A stretch of DNA of 63,638 nucleotides, the filler included, from Reticulomyxa filosa (taxonomy: Eukaryota; Protista; Foraminifera): the NCBI GenBank assembly GCA_000512085.1. It is 19 parts of 19 records of this genome, joined end to end, with 100 filler letters (N's around TTAATTAATTAA, not from the genome) between each part and the next. Parts side by side here need not be neighbours in the genome. Positions count along the whole stretch, not along the records: positions 24,018 to 27,838 come from ASPP01020349.1; positions 27,939 to 29,194 come from ASPP01004337.1; positions 29,295 to 39,632 come from ASPP01020486.1; 16 more parts are not named here. The stretch is one strand, 5' to 3'. Of the stretch, positions 24,051 through 37,745 are shown piece after piece. Position 1 is the first letter of the stretch. Every line of letters begins with the position of its first letter. The position numbers and the translations under genes were made by a program. The notes beneath the pieces were generated by a model. It was given only the letters and a program-made list of their open reading frames with translations, searched no databases and was not told the DNA's origin.

Positions 24051-25002
24051 GGATAGAGTTTGGTATAACCTATCCCGATTGGTGGGTCCCAAACGTAGAG
24101 GTAGCCATAACAGACTATTTTGTTAGAGTGGATGTACATAAACACCAACTTGTAAAAAAGCAATCGACGATTTCTACTTGTCCGTCCCTCGAAGCAGCGT
24201 CCAAGTCGTTGCCGCCGATCTGATCCAAAATCCACACACATGGGGACAGCACCAAACCTTGGAGCACACATGGCTATCCACAGACAGATTGTCTTTAGAT
24301 ACACTCAACATCCGTTGGGTGTGGCATGGTACTACTTGTTGTTGTTTCTTTGTTACATAATATACATACACGATAATTATATGATGATGTATATGTATAT
24401 ATGTCCATTAGGGTGTCCCTCCAAAATAGTCTCTTCAATATGCAACAAAGTTAATTCCAATCCTCTCTTTTGCAGAAGACAACACAAAAAAAATACGCTG
24501 TGTGCAAATATATCCATCAATGTTTATGTAGGGCTTTTTGCGCGATTACAATAGCACACACATGTATGGAAAAGGGGTGTATTTTGCACGGGACGCAAAT
24601 TACCCTGTCAATTATGGTTATGCCAAGTATTTTGTGTTTTCTCTTCTATTTCTTCCCTTTTCAGACTAACCATCCACTTCTTTTTCAACAAGGTTTGACG
24701 ACGTTGACAAATGCGCTCATCTACTGTACTGTCGCGTCATTTGCGGAGAAATCGCACTTGGACAGAAAGATTTTCTAAGACCGCCTTCCAAACCTTCTGG
24801 AAATAAGAAAATTGATATCGAATACGAGACCATGGTCAACTCGATTTCGAGTCCAACCATCTTTGTTTGTTGTACCGATTGTCAGGTTACTGCTCTCATT
24901 CAATGTACACTTTTGTTTGTATATTCATCAATACTATTGTTTTCGCTTTGTTTTGAATAGGCCTATCCTGCTGTGAAACTAGTTCTAAAGAAATTAAAAT
25001 AA
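24051..25002 (+). CDS. PARP-catalytic-domain ADP-ribosyltransferase, 5'-partial, multi-exon
   Basis: Spliced reading: IQNPHTW...RWVWHG...ICNKGFLRDYNSTHMYGKGVYFARDANY...LLYCRVICGE...YETMVNSISSPTIFV...DCQAYP. There is one apparent frameshift in an A-run near 24155. Confidence 0.85.
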
Positions 25003-25366
25003 ACATTATTGTTGGTTGTTTTGTTCGCAAGTCCTTATTTTTGTTTCATCCAATACTTTTCCAAATTACGTGAGATTTTGAGAAAGTCTTTATTCGCTAT
25101 TTCTCTTGTTTTTTTTGTTTCCCTTGACGGATCTTCTTATGAAGAAATGCAATCTTAATGGCATAACTACTTGTTCAATAGAGACTTGTTATTCGTTCAG
25201 ATCCAAGACAACAACAGCAACAACAAGAGCAGGAACAAAAGTCATTTCATTTATGTTCACGCCCAAATGGACGATAATTTTTATCCGAAAGAGAAGAAGG
25301 GGTTCGCAACAAAAAAAGCTTTCGTTGTTGATTGCATTTGTGTCCGGCATTGGAATAGCAGCAACA

Positions 25367-27790
25367 ATGTTCCTAAAGCCAAATCAAAGTATTTGGGATA
25401 GGCTGTCACAATGTCTTTTTGGCTTCTATACAGAAGAGGAAATTCGAAAGATATCAGGTTGTGAAATAACTGAAGTAAAAGGACTCAATATGATGCTCGG
25501 AATACCTGAATATAATGGACTACACGACCCTCGTATGGGCCCAATGAATAATGAGAACGAAAGGTGGGAATTTTTTTTCCTTCTTTCTTCTTTGGCCATC
25601 ACCAAAAAAAACCGTGTTTCAAGGGAGCGCAAAATCGCATTTCACATGTGCTTAAAATGAATAGATGTCCAACTTGTTCACAGTTTTATAAGGATTGTAC
25701 TGGACACCTTGGATACATAGATTTGTATACACCAATGTATAATCCAATGTTACTCAAATTTGTGGAGCAACTAATGAACCACAAGTGTTACAATTGCCAT
25801 TATTTGTTGTTGACCAACATTCAAAGGGAATGTCTGGAGTTGAAACTGAGAGTACTCGAACAAGGATACACATTTGACGTAAGCACAATGGACTCGGATG
25901 TGTTGCGCTTAACTGAGTACCATCACCCCATTAGCCCCAAGTACCTTCTACCGAAGGAACAAATTCAAGACAAAGAGATTAAAAAGAATAGCGAGAAAAA
26001 TGTCAACAATGACGACAATGACAATGACAATGACAACGACAATGATAATGACAATAATAATGACAATAAAAATAGCGACAGTGATGACAGTGATAATAAT
26101 GATGATAATGATGATAATGACAACAACAACAACAAAGATGTAGCACAGGTGACTGTGTCAGCATCTTCTGCTCAGGAGTTGGATTTCGAGAAAATGATGG
26201 ACCCTGAGAGTGGTCTTGATATCATGGATATGGACGTAACTTTAGAAGAACAGTCCAAAAGAGTACAGCCGGACAAACCATTCGAAGACGAAGGAAGGTA
26301 TCAAGGCACGCCTAGCAAACTTCAACAGACCAGACAAAATATCTTCGAGTTGCGTTGTTTGTCTTTGTTATTTTGTTTTCTGGCTGGTATCACATTGCTT
26401 TTTTTTTTTTTTTTTTTTTTCAATCGTCTTTTTCGCTCTGTGACAAAAATCGCAGATTGGTGTTTTCGAAATGGAGACAACCTAGCAAATGTGCCAATTG
26501 TGGCTGTATCCGTGTCGTTTTTAAAAAAGAACAAAATTGCCACATTGTCCAACAACCTATGAATAAACGAGTTTTGCATGGAATATATTCATACGCACAT
26601 GTCATATATGTACATGTATATATATGTATATTTATATATGTCTATGACATATTTTCTTTGTTCCATCTAAATTCAACGCAATAACATGACTATTGATCCG
26701 ATAAATACAGAAAAAAATATTCGAAGAAAACGGTGTGCCATTGGTAAAAGTGGAAAACGAAAATGAAATCGTGGACCCCTATTCTCCACGAACAATGTAT
26801 CCACCAGAGACTATGATACATTTGAAAAAATTATGGGAAACTGAAAAGCCAATCATGGAGCGTTTGTTTTGTGTGCCCAATATTAACTCTGCTTTTCTTA
26901 ATCCCAAACCATTGATCCAGTGTAATTACAAACAATTTTTTATTAAAACATTGATTGTCACGCCCAATCGATATCGACCTTCGAATTACGTTTCCGGAAG
27001 GACGATTGAACATTCACGCAATTCTTGCTATCGAATAGCATTAAGGTTTTTGTTGTTTGTTTGCATTTCTATACATCACGAATGACAAATAATATATACA
27101 AAAAAAAAAAGGCTCAGCCAGTCCATTAAAAAACATGTGAAAGATTCCAATCAGATCACTCAAAATCCATTGATACAAAGATATCAACAATATGTCTATC
27201 AATTGGAAAAAGATGCCGTAAAAGAAGAAAATAAGGATCCAGACAGTAGTGACTCCGAAAATGAAAAAGTGGAAATGACCGAACAAGAAGTTCGAAAAGC
27301 AGAGGCTTTATTGAAATCCCAACAAACATATAACATGATTGTCGCAAACGAATTGGAACAATTGCAAATTGCTGTTAATAAGCTATGTGATTCTACCAAA
27401 GGAGGCCTTACTTTTGGCAGTTTGTTGTCTATTTTTATTTTTATTTTTCTTTTTTTGTTGTTACATTATTTTATTATTTATTTGTAACAGAACAAAAGAA
27501 AAGAGCCATTCACACACAATTACATTGATTTTGTAAATAATAACAAATGCATTTGTTTATTGTCTTGCAGAAGCGGATCAAATCGACACACTTGGAGTGC
27601 GTCAGTTATTAGAAAAAAAGCACGGTCTATTTCGAATGTTCATGATGGGCAAACGTGTCAACTATGCTGCAAGATCCGTTGTTAACCCCGATCTTTGGAT
27701 CAAAGCATCAGAAATTGGAGTCCCTCTTTTCATTGCAAAGACTTTGACATATCCTGAAAGAGTTACCCCTTACAATTATCAAGTATTACG
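25367..27790 (+). CDS. RPA1: RNA polymerase I largest subunit, 3'-partial, multi-exon
   Basis: [26 protein letters not shown]...[24 protein letters not shown] and [29 protein letters not shown] (Pol I-type signature). Confidence 0.93.
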
Positions 27791-27795
27791 GTTAG

Positions 27796-27838
<43 letters not shown>

Positions 27839-27938
27839 NNNNNNNNNNNNNNNNNNNNNNNNNNNNNNNNNNNNNNNNNNNNTTAATTAATTAANNNNNN
27901 NNNNNNNNNNNNNNNNNNNNNNNNNNNNNNNNNNNNNN

Positions 27939-27982
<44 letters not shown>

Positions 27983-29050
27983 CATTGACAATCTTTCCTT
28001 TTTAGACATTTATTAAGATGGAATCATTAGTCACTTTCATCATTTTGCTGTTATGAAGGGTTCTTTTTATACTGATCTGCATATTGCAATACCTCTGTTT
28101 ATTGTAAGCATAAAAGAATTGTGTTATTCAACGAAAATAAAGAGGAAAAAAGTGAATCATTGCAAGTTGGAAATCCAAAAAAAATCATCAGAGTTCAATG
28201 CTCATATTCAATAGTTGAATGATACTTTTCGAGTCAAACGGTCTGATTTCATTATCAATCATTTTTGGTATTTTTTTACAAGATGAGCGGTATGAAAGAG
28301 AAAGGTTAAATTTTGCCCTTTGCTCAAACATAAACGGAATGGAATGGGATATTTTATTCGCAGATCAATATATTCAACAAATAATATGAAGACATGCCAT
28401 TGGTTTGAACCTTATTTCTCACATATTAAGAAGTGCCCAAGAAAGTATTGCTACAACAGTTTTACTTGAAGACGGATAAGTAAATAAATTTATTTTTTAA
28501 ATTTTTGTTTAGACACCTAATACGTATTTCTTAGTGCCGTGCAATCAATTATTTGTGTTGTTATTTGGATTAATTATCAAGTTTTTTAAATATGGTGTAC
28601 GACCCCAACGACCGTTCAACCGGATTTTTACGCGAAAAACATAAGAATACGGTCAAATGGTCGTTATGTAAAACTTTCTTGCTAGTTTTTCACATAGTTG
28701 CACCAAATAAGGTATAAGTGTCAAAAGTTAACACAATTCCTTTGATATTCAAGATGGATAGCCTTTGCTGTCCCGACAAGCTTGCGTCAAATGCCTTTAC
28801 AATTTTGAACAGCAAGATCTTTTTTGCAATTGTTATGCATTAGTATAATGCAAGGTATTTGTACAAAACATTACGGATTGCTTTCAGTTTTACTACTCTA
28901 TTGTAAACACCGTTTTTAAAAATTAACTGTTCTTCTCTTTCGTTTTGAGGGGGCACAGGTAAGTAGAACCGTTCACTTTTTTAAAAAAAAGGGGTTTATT
29001 GATCTCATTAATAGATTAAAGAAGAAGGAAGTAAAACTATTTCTAGGGAA

Positions 29051-29194
29051 ATGGATGACAAGAAAATTGAAGAGCTTGTCTCTTCGTCACGACAGATGTG
29101 CTTCAATAAAGCTTGGCTTTTACAACTGAATCCCCTAAATAAAATTGAAGATTTTATTTGTTTTATTTGCAAGCAAATTGCCAACAACCCCATT
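29051..29194 (+). CDS. N-terminus of a RING/TRAF-like zinc-finger protein, partial
   Basis: [11 protein letters not shown]...[13 protein letters not shown], cut by the contig end. Confidence 0.5.
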
Positions 29195-29294
29195 NNNNNN
29201 NNNNNNNNNNNNNNNNNNNNNNNNNNNNNNNNNNNNNNTTAATTAATTAANNNNNNNNNNNNNNNNNNNNNNNNNNNNNNNNNNNNNNNNNNNN

Positions 29295-30513
29295 TGATAC
29301 ATTTGAATGGCTTTCAAAAACTCTTGCATGCTTTCTTTGTTATTTCCATTTTTCATTTGTAATTCGCCCAACAAACTATGGATTTCTGTTAACATTGTTC
29401 CATTCTCTTTTATCGCATTTTCATTCACGTTTGGATTGGACTTCATTTTGGCAAGGGAAAGTTCACACAATACCCTGGCCGTCTCCAACGCTTCCCACGC
29501 AATTTCTCGGTCATCTCCACCACCCATTGCCATCGCCATTATTTCCGAAAAGGCATTTTCATTCAACACGTTATCGATTATTGCTTTTTCATTGTCATTG
29601 TCATTGTCATTACCATCATTATTGTCATCGTCATCATCATCATCATCATCATTGTCATCATCATTGTCATCATCATGATCATCATCATGATCATCATCAT
29701 GACCATGGTCATGTTCATCCTTCATCTCTTCAGCGGTGGTACGCGTAACATCTTGTTCCTCGGCTGTCGTCTTCACGCTGTCGCCAATTGTCTCTGCTAA
29801 CCCGTTCGTCGAGTCCTTCGTTTCTTCTTCCCGTATATGTGTTTCTTCGTCGTCTGTGGCTTCGTCCTTTTCCAATCCTGTGTCTTCCTTCTCTTCTCCT
29901 TTGTTATTTGCACTCACATCTCCATTCATCTCTTGCTTTCCATCTTCATCCCCATTATCTTCTTCTTCTTCTCCTTCCTCTTCATCATCTTCATCTTCTT
30001 CTTCCATTGGCTGTTCTGACGCTTTCCAACCATATTATATATACATATATGTACATGCATATATAATATGATATGTAAATATAACTCCCTATTTCTCCTT
30101 CTCTTTTTTTTACAACATGTACGTACCCATTGCGTCGTCCTTTGAGTCGGCCAACTTCAACAAGGCTTTCCCGTATTGCAGGAAGTACTTACTTAATTCA
30201 CCCTCTGTTGTCAAATGCTTGTTCGCTTCTGACGTTCTGTTCACGCCATTTTCACCCGCATGTGCACATTTGTTCATACATTATAATATATTACAGAGTT
30301 TGGAAAATCCCTCTTCCTCCGTTGTCTGCAAGGTTACAGTAGATATTGACTCAACAAGAATTCCAACACTTGAGAGAGGAGAGAGACCGCATCTTCAAAA
30401 TTTTTCTCTTTTAGTAATGATTCTGATTTTTCATAATATTCTGCATAATTTTGTACTGTTATAGCAAGAGGTGGAGAAATGCTTTCCTTTTCGCTGGCAG
30501 ATATGACAGACAT
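29295..30513 (-). CDS. NASP/Hif1/Sim3-like SHNi-TPR histone chaperone, 3'-partial
   Basis: Exon 1 MSVIS...NFEDAVSLLSQVLEF, then YFLQYGKALLKLA, a long acidic insert, DREIAWEALETARV and EIHSLLGELQM. This is the interrupted-TPR architecture. Confidence 0.8.
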
Positions 30514-31555
30514 GATAGATTTATTTCGTTATGGATGGGAAATCCTTTTTTACAGAAAAGTTTGGCAAACAACGAGCTTGATACTTCAAAAAAAACTTAC
30601 TAAAGGCTAAAGCAGACAATAAAGGCAACCGTATGCAGCAGTTAATTATACGTTGTAATTTAATAAGTAATGATTATTTCTGAATGTAGAAAAAGTAATG
30701 GAGAATACAAGCCAAACTAATGTACAATTGTTACGAAATAGGCTTTCAAGTCCTTTTCCAAGTTTTTTTCATTTTGGTACGCCTGCGCTAAAACACAGAA
30801 GTACTCGTTCAAACGGAGCGTCAAAGTTCCTACGAGACCACTCGCAAAGGTAGCGAATGGCTAAGACTACCTTCGTTATATTATTTATTGCAAGGCAAGC
30901 GTTGAGAAGTTTTGACCATCTTTTTTCAAAATTTTTTTTGTAGAAAAAGACTTACACTGTGTCTGTACACAGCACTTTGCTGGGAAACCTTAAGGTTGTC
31001 ACAGAATCAAATTCTTCTTTTTGTTATTATCAAAACAAATTAAAAAGAAGATTTCAACACTTTGTAATGAAATATTCTGTAAAATTCAATTTTCTAAAAT
31101 TTCTGTTATTTTATTGACGTTGTAAAAAAAGTGATACAAGGAGAATTCTGGAAATTGCATGACGATATCCAAAATTTCCAAAAAATTCAAACAAAAAATG
31201 CTGACGCTTGTAGTGATAACAAAATGGATAATTGAACAGTACCACCAAAAAATGATAAAAATATCAGAAATGTGTAAAAAACGCTCCCGAATGGATTTAC
31301 GTTTCAAAGACAAAACACTTTTTTATATTTTATAGTTCAGAGTTCGTTTTTGCAAATGCATTCAATAGATACAAAAATTAGGACCTTAAATGAATGATTT
31401 GATATGAAGAAAACAGTAAGCTGACTACCCTAAAAAACTTTGTTTTTTTTTTGCACTAAACAAGGCTTTTGTTTCTCGCGTCATTTATCAATAAACCGGC
31501 CGAAGGCGTCAATTACGAATAAAGCAGAAAGATCTGACTTAAAGAAAAGGATATC

Positions 31556-31780
31556 ATGCCAGAGCGTCTTCCTTATTACAAGTGGCTGCCTTTGGTAAAT
31601 TTCACGATTGCAACTGCTGCACTATTGTTTCAAGTGGGGATCCTGTATCCGTGGCATAATGAAATATCAAAACAAGTCGATGAACTAATTGCCGTTGACG
31701 CTCAGCGCGCACAAGCCTCGGTGATAGGAACACCCGCACAAGGGAGCGTTGGTGCAGCTTCGCAAACAAGTAAGAAATGA
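31556..31780 (+). CDS. small single-pass membrane protein (FQxxxLYPWH motif)
   Basis: Intronless 74-aa ORF, more GC-rich than its flanks, with one hydrophobic helix ending LFQVGILYPWHNEIS. Confidence 0.65.
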   Translation: MPERLPYYKWLPLVNFTIATAALLFQVGILYPWHNEISKQVDELIAVDAQRAQASVIGTPAQGSVGAASQTSKK

Positions 31781-33559
31781 AATAAACCTTTTTTTGTTGT
31801 TGATATATCGATCTTTTTTTTATCGAGGTTATTGTGTTTGTTTTTCTCTCGGACGTTGTGTTGAGCCAATTTATTTGATTGTATTTTTGGGGTAACAAAG
31901 TTCTTTTTTTTTTACTTTTTCTCCCTTTCAAAACACAATACCGCGTCTCAGACGCTTGTTGCGCTGATTACTACGCAGCACATAAGCTTTTAAGAAAAAT
32001 TTTTGAATAAGCAAGGAAGTGAAAAGATGTGCCGGTCCCTTTATTACTTTGTTTTTGCAGGATTGGTAAGGTCGAATGGACCCAAGGGAAGCGAAAGAAC
32101 GCAGCGTTCAAATACGTATACGGGACAGGGAATTTTTTTGTCACTTACATATTTTCTAGAATTTTTTGTGTAAATAAATAAAAGTAGTAGGAATGTCCAC
32201 CTTTTGTCTCCTTTAAAAAGTGGATTTGCGGATATTTAAAAAAATCCCGATTGAAAACGGAGTTCTTTCGCACAACATACTATTTGTATTATTCCCAAGC
32301 CTTAGTTGAATGCTGCCTCAATACAAAAATGATGTAGTGACGACGAAAAGGGCAATATTTGATTGGTCTCAATTTAAAACATTATTCATTTGTTGTTTGA
32401 ACTGGACATCAACAAAAATTAAATGGCTTGGAATTAAAAAGCTTCGCAAATTGAGCTTTCCACTTTTTTTAAAAAAGACAAATTTTATAACGGTGTTTCA
32501 GCATCAAAAAGTGCCATAAACATCAGTGGCTTGACTTTCGACACGATACCATTCGCTACTATTGGTTGAATGTGTCCCAATTTGTTGCAACATTTGGTCT
32601 GGCGAGCAATCGTGTGCATATTTTGAATCAATTTTCTTGCGGAAAGATTCACAAAGGCATTCTTTCATTATTTTTGGGTTCGTTGCACATAAGTTCATAC
32701 TTTATCTTCTTTAAATAGCTGTTTTAACGCTCTTTCACTCTTGCAAGGTTGCGTGTCCACATATTCATGTATTGCGGTCATTACCACTGTGTATGTGTAT
32801 CCTTTTTTTTCCATTCGATAGCAGTGGTGTCTAAAGTATTTTAAGAAAAGTTTACCACTTTCAAATCCTTAGTGAACTGCTTTAAATTTAAGTTTTAAAC
32901 CCACTTTGCTCGGAATAAAGGTATTCGAACACAAGCTCTTACATTTTTACCTGCTTTGGCTTTTCATCCACTGTCGCGTACACTGTTTTTTGGTCCAACC
33001 CTCAAAACACGGTAGGTTACAAAAAAAACTGAACACGTCGTCGCACGAAGACGGTCGATTTTCTCTACCGAAAACAAACATCTGGTACTAATTTTCAATA
33101 TTATTATAAAACTTTGGTAAGTAATATTATTTGTTTGTTGCTTTTTCAAATGCTTGTTGTTTTGGTATTATCGAACTTGTAAAGTTATGTTTTCAAAGCT
33201 TTTTTGAAGATTTAAGTTGTTTTCAATGATCGATATATAAATTCACAAGTATACGTGATTTGGTATGATTGAAAACACGATTTTCTTATTGTTGTTTTTG
33301 ATTGTATTATAGGTACAGCATTTTTTTGGTATTGTAATCCACTAAATATCCTTCATTTTACATTGTTCTGTTGATATTGATGTTTTCTGTTAATTGTATC
33401 GTTGTAAGGAAAAACTAGCTAGCAATTTTGTTATTTATTCAAAAGATAGACTGTACGTTTGAATCTTTCATATACAAGACATATAGCAATTGTGTTCATT
33501 TGTGTCGAAAAACATAATTGTTAATCAACAAGAAATGTCCAGTTTTATCAGTCATCCAT

Positions 33560-33958
33560 TATTACACTTTGATGATGCCTTCAAAAACACCCCCCAATTT
33601 TACCTTTGTCATGATAGTCGTGTGTCTTACACAAGGTACATGACTCTTTGTGCACCATCACACAATCTTGCACACCACTGTTGTCAACGCGAACTGGAAT
33701 ATTGCTTCTAACCCTCAAATGAATGTGTTCCTTGTCCAATCCTGCCGGCTTATATTACTTAATGGCGGGATTCAGCCAAACATCGTGCAATCGATTGGGC
33801 AAGTGTCCGCACAGTTTCGCAAATTCGTTGTCGCGATGTAAATTCCCAGTCATGTTTTGGTGTCCTTAGGATTAATACCATAGACCGTGAACAACTGGTA
33901 TGTTGCGCCTTTGATACACACGCAACGTTACATATCTATTAATCAATAGATATTCACA

Positions 33959-33995
<37 letters not shown>

Positions 33996-35300
33996 TTTAT
34001 TTATTTATGCACGCGCAATGTATGGATTCGTTGAAAAATATTGTATGCAACAAACCCACTTTGTGGAAAATAGAATGATCTAAAATCAGTTTGCTCTACA
34101 TAGCGTTTAAAGTGTTTTCTTTGGTGTCTGTAGAAGATCCCATGTAATAATCTCGCAGTCACAAATGAGTGTTCCCTTAGTCGACTCGAAGAATCTGTTG
34201 ATGAAAGTGTTCAATGGCATACCATCCCCAACTGAGTTTTGGATTGGTAATGTCAAGTTTCTTATCATTGCTCGTGAACAAGCATTTGCTTAAAGCAGGA
34301 AATTTCGGATTGAGATAAGAAGAGCCATTTTCTTTTTTTTCTTCGTCCTCCTTGCACATTTCATAACAAGTATACAAATCAAAGCCAGTCAGAAGTTGTT
34401 GCATGAAATTTTTGATTTGTGTTTTTGGAGACTTTCAAATTGGGGTTTATTCATTTCTTTGCATTGATGCTGCTGCAAAATGTTCGATCAGATTGTCGCC
34501 CAAGCGCTCCATATCTTACCAGCGGCCTAAAAAAAAAAAAAAAAAAAAAAAGGGGTGGCACAAAACGCCAGCATAGTTTCATCATCGTCCAACAGATTCA
34601 AGTTTTTAAACGTGGCAATGCTTTCATAAGCTTTGTTCAATCTCATTGAATTGTTTGTATGTAATGCAATATTCAGTCGAATATAGCTAATCAATTTCTC
34701 GCCAACATTCTCTGCTTGCACACTTACTTTGCCTTTCACATCTTCTCCTTGCGCCAATTAGTCTACATTTTTAAATCATACCAAAAAAAAAAAAAAAGTA
34801 TTAATATAAAAAAAAATGAATAAAAACAAAATAAAATAAAAATAAAAAAATTTTATTTATTTAATATACCTAATTTATGAGCTTGATCTTCAGTGATGTC
34901 TTCAACGAGTGACCATGCGTTTTCCATGTCCATAGCAACAAATTGATGCCATCCGAACAATTGCTTTTTAAACTTTTGAAAGCTTTCGACAAAAACTCTC
35001 GCTCGGTTTCAATAGCTTCGTAAATATGCGTCCGATTTCCATTCGTGGTACTTGACCACAAAGTGACTCCCCAACAAACGCTCTCCAAACGAATTGCTCT
35101 TCAAATCCAATGTTCGGATTTGCTTCATCAAATTTTCTATCTTTGTCGTGGTTGATCTTCGATTCAAATGGCTTGGCCTGGGCCTGCTCTTTGTCCACTT
35201 GTCCTCTCATGCCCGTTCCGCTCACATTCAGATCGTCGTACATTAAGTTCTTCTTCGCCTTGAATTTGCTTTGCCCACTGTCCTTGTCTTTCGTTATCTG
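33560..35300 (-). pseudogene. heavily degenerate multi-exon gene, possibly with a TBC/Rab-GAP remnant
   Basis: Coding-like fragments broken by many stops and shifts. The fragment GLEAIFQFALT resembles the C-terminal TBC helix. The assignment is weak. Confidence 0.3.
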
Positions 35301-35851
35301 CTTCTAACTCTTCCAACGCCTTCGAATCGTTTCAAACAACTGTTGTCTTCATTCGTTGTTAACAACGACCTGTTCCGTCGACGAACTAACAGTTGCCCTC
35401 CTGCACTCGGGCCTGTTGGGCTGAAGCGTCGAATACTCAGTACACCGGGTGATGACACAACACATGGCATCGATTTCAAGATGAGAGAGTTTATAACATT
35501 CGATATTGCATAAACACTATTCACAAGATTTGTGTGAATTTTTTTTTTGTAATATAATTACCCAAAATTAATGTTTTGAACTTTTTAATTTACTATTTTT
35601 GATAAAACAATATATACTTTCTCTAAATGATTTTCGAAAAAAAACATTAAATATTTTTCAGTATAAATGTTAATATCAATTAGTGATATGAAACAATTTT
35701 TTATTGTAAAATGAAATTAAATATATTGTAGTCTTGTAATAAAATGAAAGTTAAAAATTGTTCGATAAATCATTTATTAATAAAAAATGTAAAGTAAATT
35801 TTAAAAAAAAAGAATTGTATTGAAAGAACTTTTTATTTATAAGAGATTTTT

Positions 35852-35982
35852 AGACTAATTTGTATGTGACTTTTGTTCACCTTTAAAAAAAAAATCTATT
35901 ATCATAAAATTATATTTTTTTTAGCTAATTTGTAGGTGACTTTTGTTCACCTTTAAAAAAAAATATATCTTTTATCATAAAA
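35852..35982. repeat. imperfect tandem duplication of about 70 bp
   Basis: CTAATTTGTAKGTGACTTTTGTTCACCTTTAAAAAAAAA...TTATCATAAAA occurs twice. Confidence 0.8.
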
Positions 35983-36895
35983 GATAGTTCACAACAAATA
36001 GATCAATGGAACGAAAGTTGTGTTTAAGATATACTCCAAGAAATACACTAAAACGACCATTGACACGTATGACAAGTTTCAACAAACATGCACACCATCT
36101 CATATCAAACACTATCGCTATGCAAAGCACAGGATTTTTACCGTATTAAAAAAAAACTGTGAGCATTACGTTTTGATGCTTTTTGTTTCTTTTTTGGCAA
36201 TTATTTGACCATACATATATAAAGCTTATGCTTTACTTGTTTTTTTACTTTCCTTTAACTTGTCTTTATTTAAGTGTCGTGTGTACGTGGAATGTCAATC
36301 GACGGAAAAAAACCCATACAACATTTGTAAATTTATTCTGGGAAAATATCGATATTAGAAACTTCCTTTTTTCTCTACTAATTTTTTTTACTGTTTTATT
36401 TTTTTGATTTGGTGAAGTAGTCCTTTTATTATAATAAGATAAAAGGGATTTTGGATAAATAAAAACAAAGATATTTCCAATGTCAGTAATTGGCACTGTT
36501 AAATTATTAAAAGAAGTGGCAATTTTATGTTTAAATGTGAGGTAGATTAAAATTCAAAAATTTGTAACTTTCATAATGTCAAGGGAGCTTAACTCAAAAA
36601 AACGTTCCAATAAGCTCAAAATGCTTTTTGGAGGAAAATAATGATAAAAACAAATGAAGTGGGTACAACACATCAAACAAAAAGGTTTTAAAAAACTGAA
36701 GAAGGAGGGGGGAGTCAAAAAGAGGGGAGCGACAAAGAGAGTTTTGGATTTCAGCTTATATGTGCCCCTCTAAACTTTCTTCTCAAAAAAAAAAAAAAGG
36801 TACAACGTTTGAACTTGTTGTAAATGAAAATTAGGGAGTGTAAATATATGTTATCAAACCATTTCAAAAAAAAAAAAATTGAAAGGGATGAGAAT

Positions 36896-37745
36896 CTATT
36901 CCATGTATTGATCACCATCCTCATCATACATGTCATCGTATATGTCATCGTTGTTATCATGTTCATCTCCCAATAAGGCCTCATCCGTTAACACACGCCA
37001 CTTACGTTGCCTATCATCACTTGTAGTTGCAGCTGCACCTTTTCTTGTGACTCGTTCTTCGTCGTCATCATCATCATCATTAAAATCATTTTTTATTCCC
37101 ATATCTATATCACCATCATCATTATCATTATCATCATCATTATCATTGTCATCATAATTATGGGATTTAGTCGATAATGTAGATCGTTGTTTATGTTTGT
37201 ATCGGTCTGGAATGGATGAGTCATACAATGTTTCATGTTTGCTCTTATTGAGTGTTTTCAATAGATTGCTTCGCGATTCTTCTTCTACTTTCATTGTTTT
37301 GTATGACATTACATCTGTCGATGTGTCGATTCCACTCAACGATTTTTTCAGCTCTCGTTGTTGCTGTGCCACGGCACGGAAAAATGTCACCACACCACGT
37401 GTCGCGATCTTGCGCAGCAACGTCTCGTGTGCTATGTTCGTTACAATCGTTGGCTTTTTGTAATTCGCGTCACGCATCGCTCGTCTTTCGGATGCTCGCT
37501 TCTTCTCTTGTCTTCGACTCTCGACTTCTTCTTCCAATGCCTCCTTATCTTTGTTGCGATATTTCGATAATAGCCTTACATCCTACTTTTCCCCATACAC
37601 ACACAACCGTCCATTCCGTTGCCGTCCGTCAACTGTAACTTTTGATCATTCCAGTCTTTTTATTGCAATACAAACAAAAGATGTTTACCGATTCTTGCAG
37701 AATTCTATCTATCAGATCACCAAATTGAGACTCTTTTGCTGCCAT
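36896..37745 (-). CDS. RRP15: RRP15-like ribosome biogenesis protein
   Basis: HETLLRKIATRGVVTFFRAVAQQQ and C-terminal WRVLTDE. First exon MAAKESQFGDLIDRILQES is followed by a GT donor. Confidence 0.8.
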
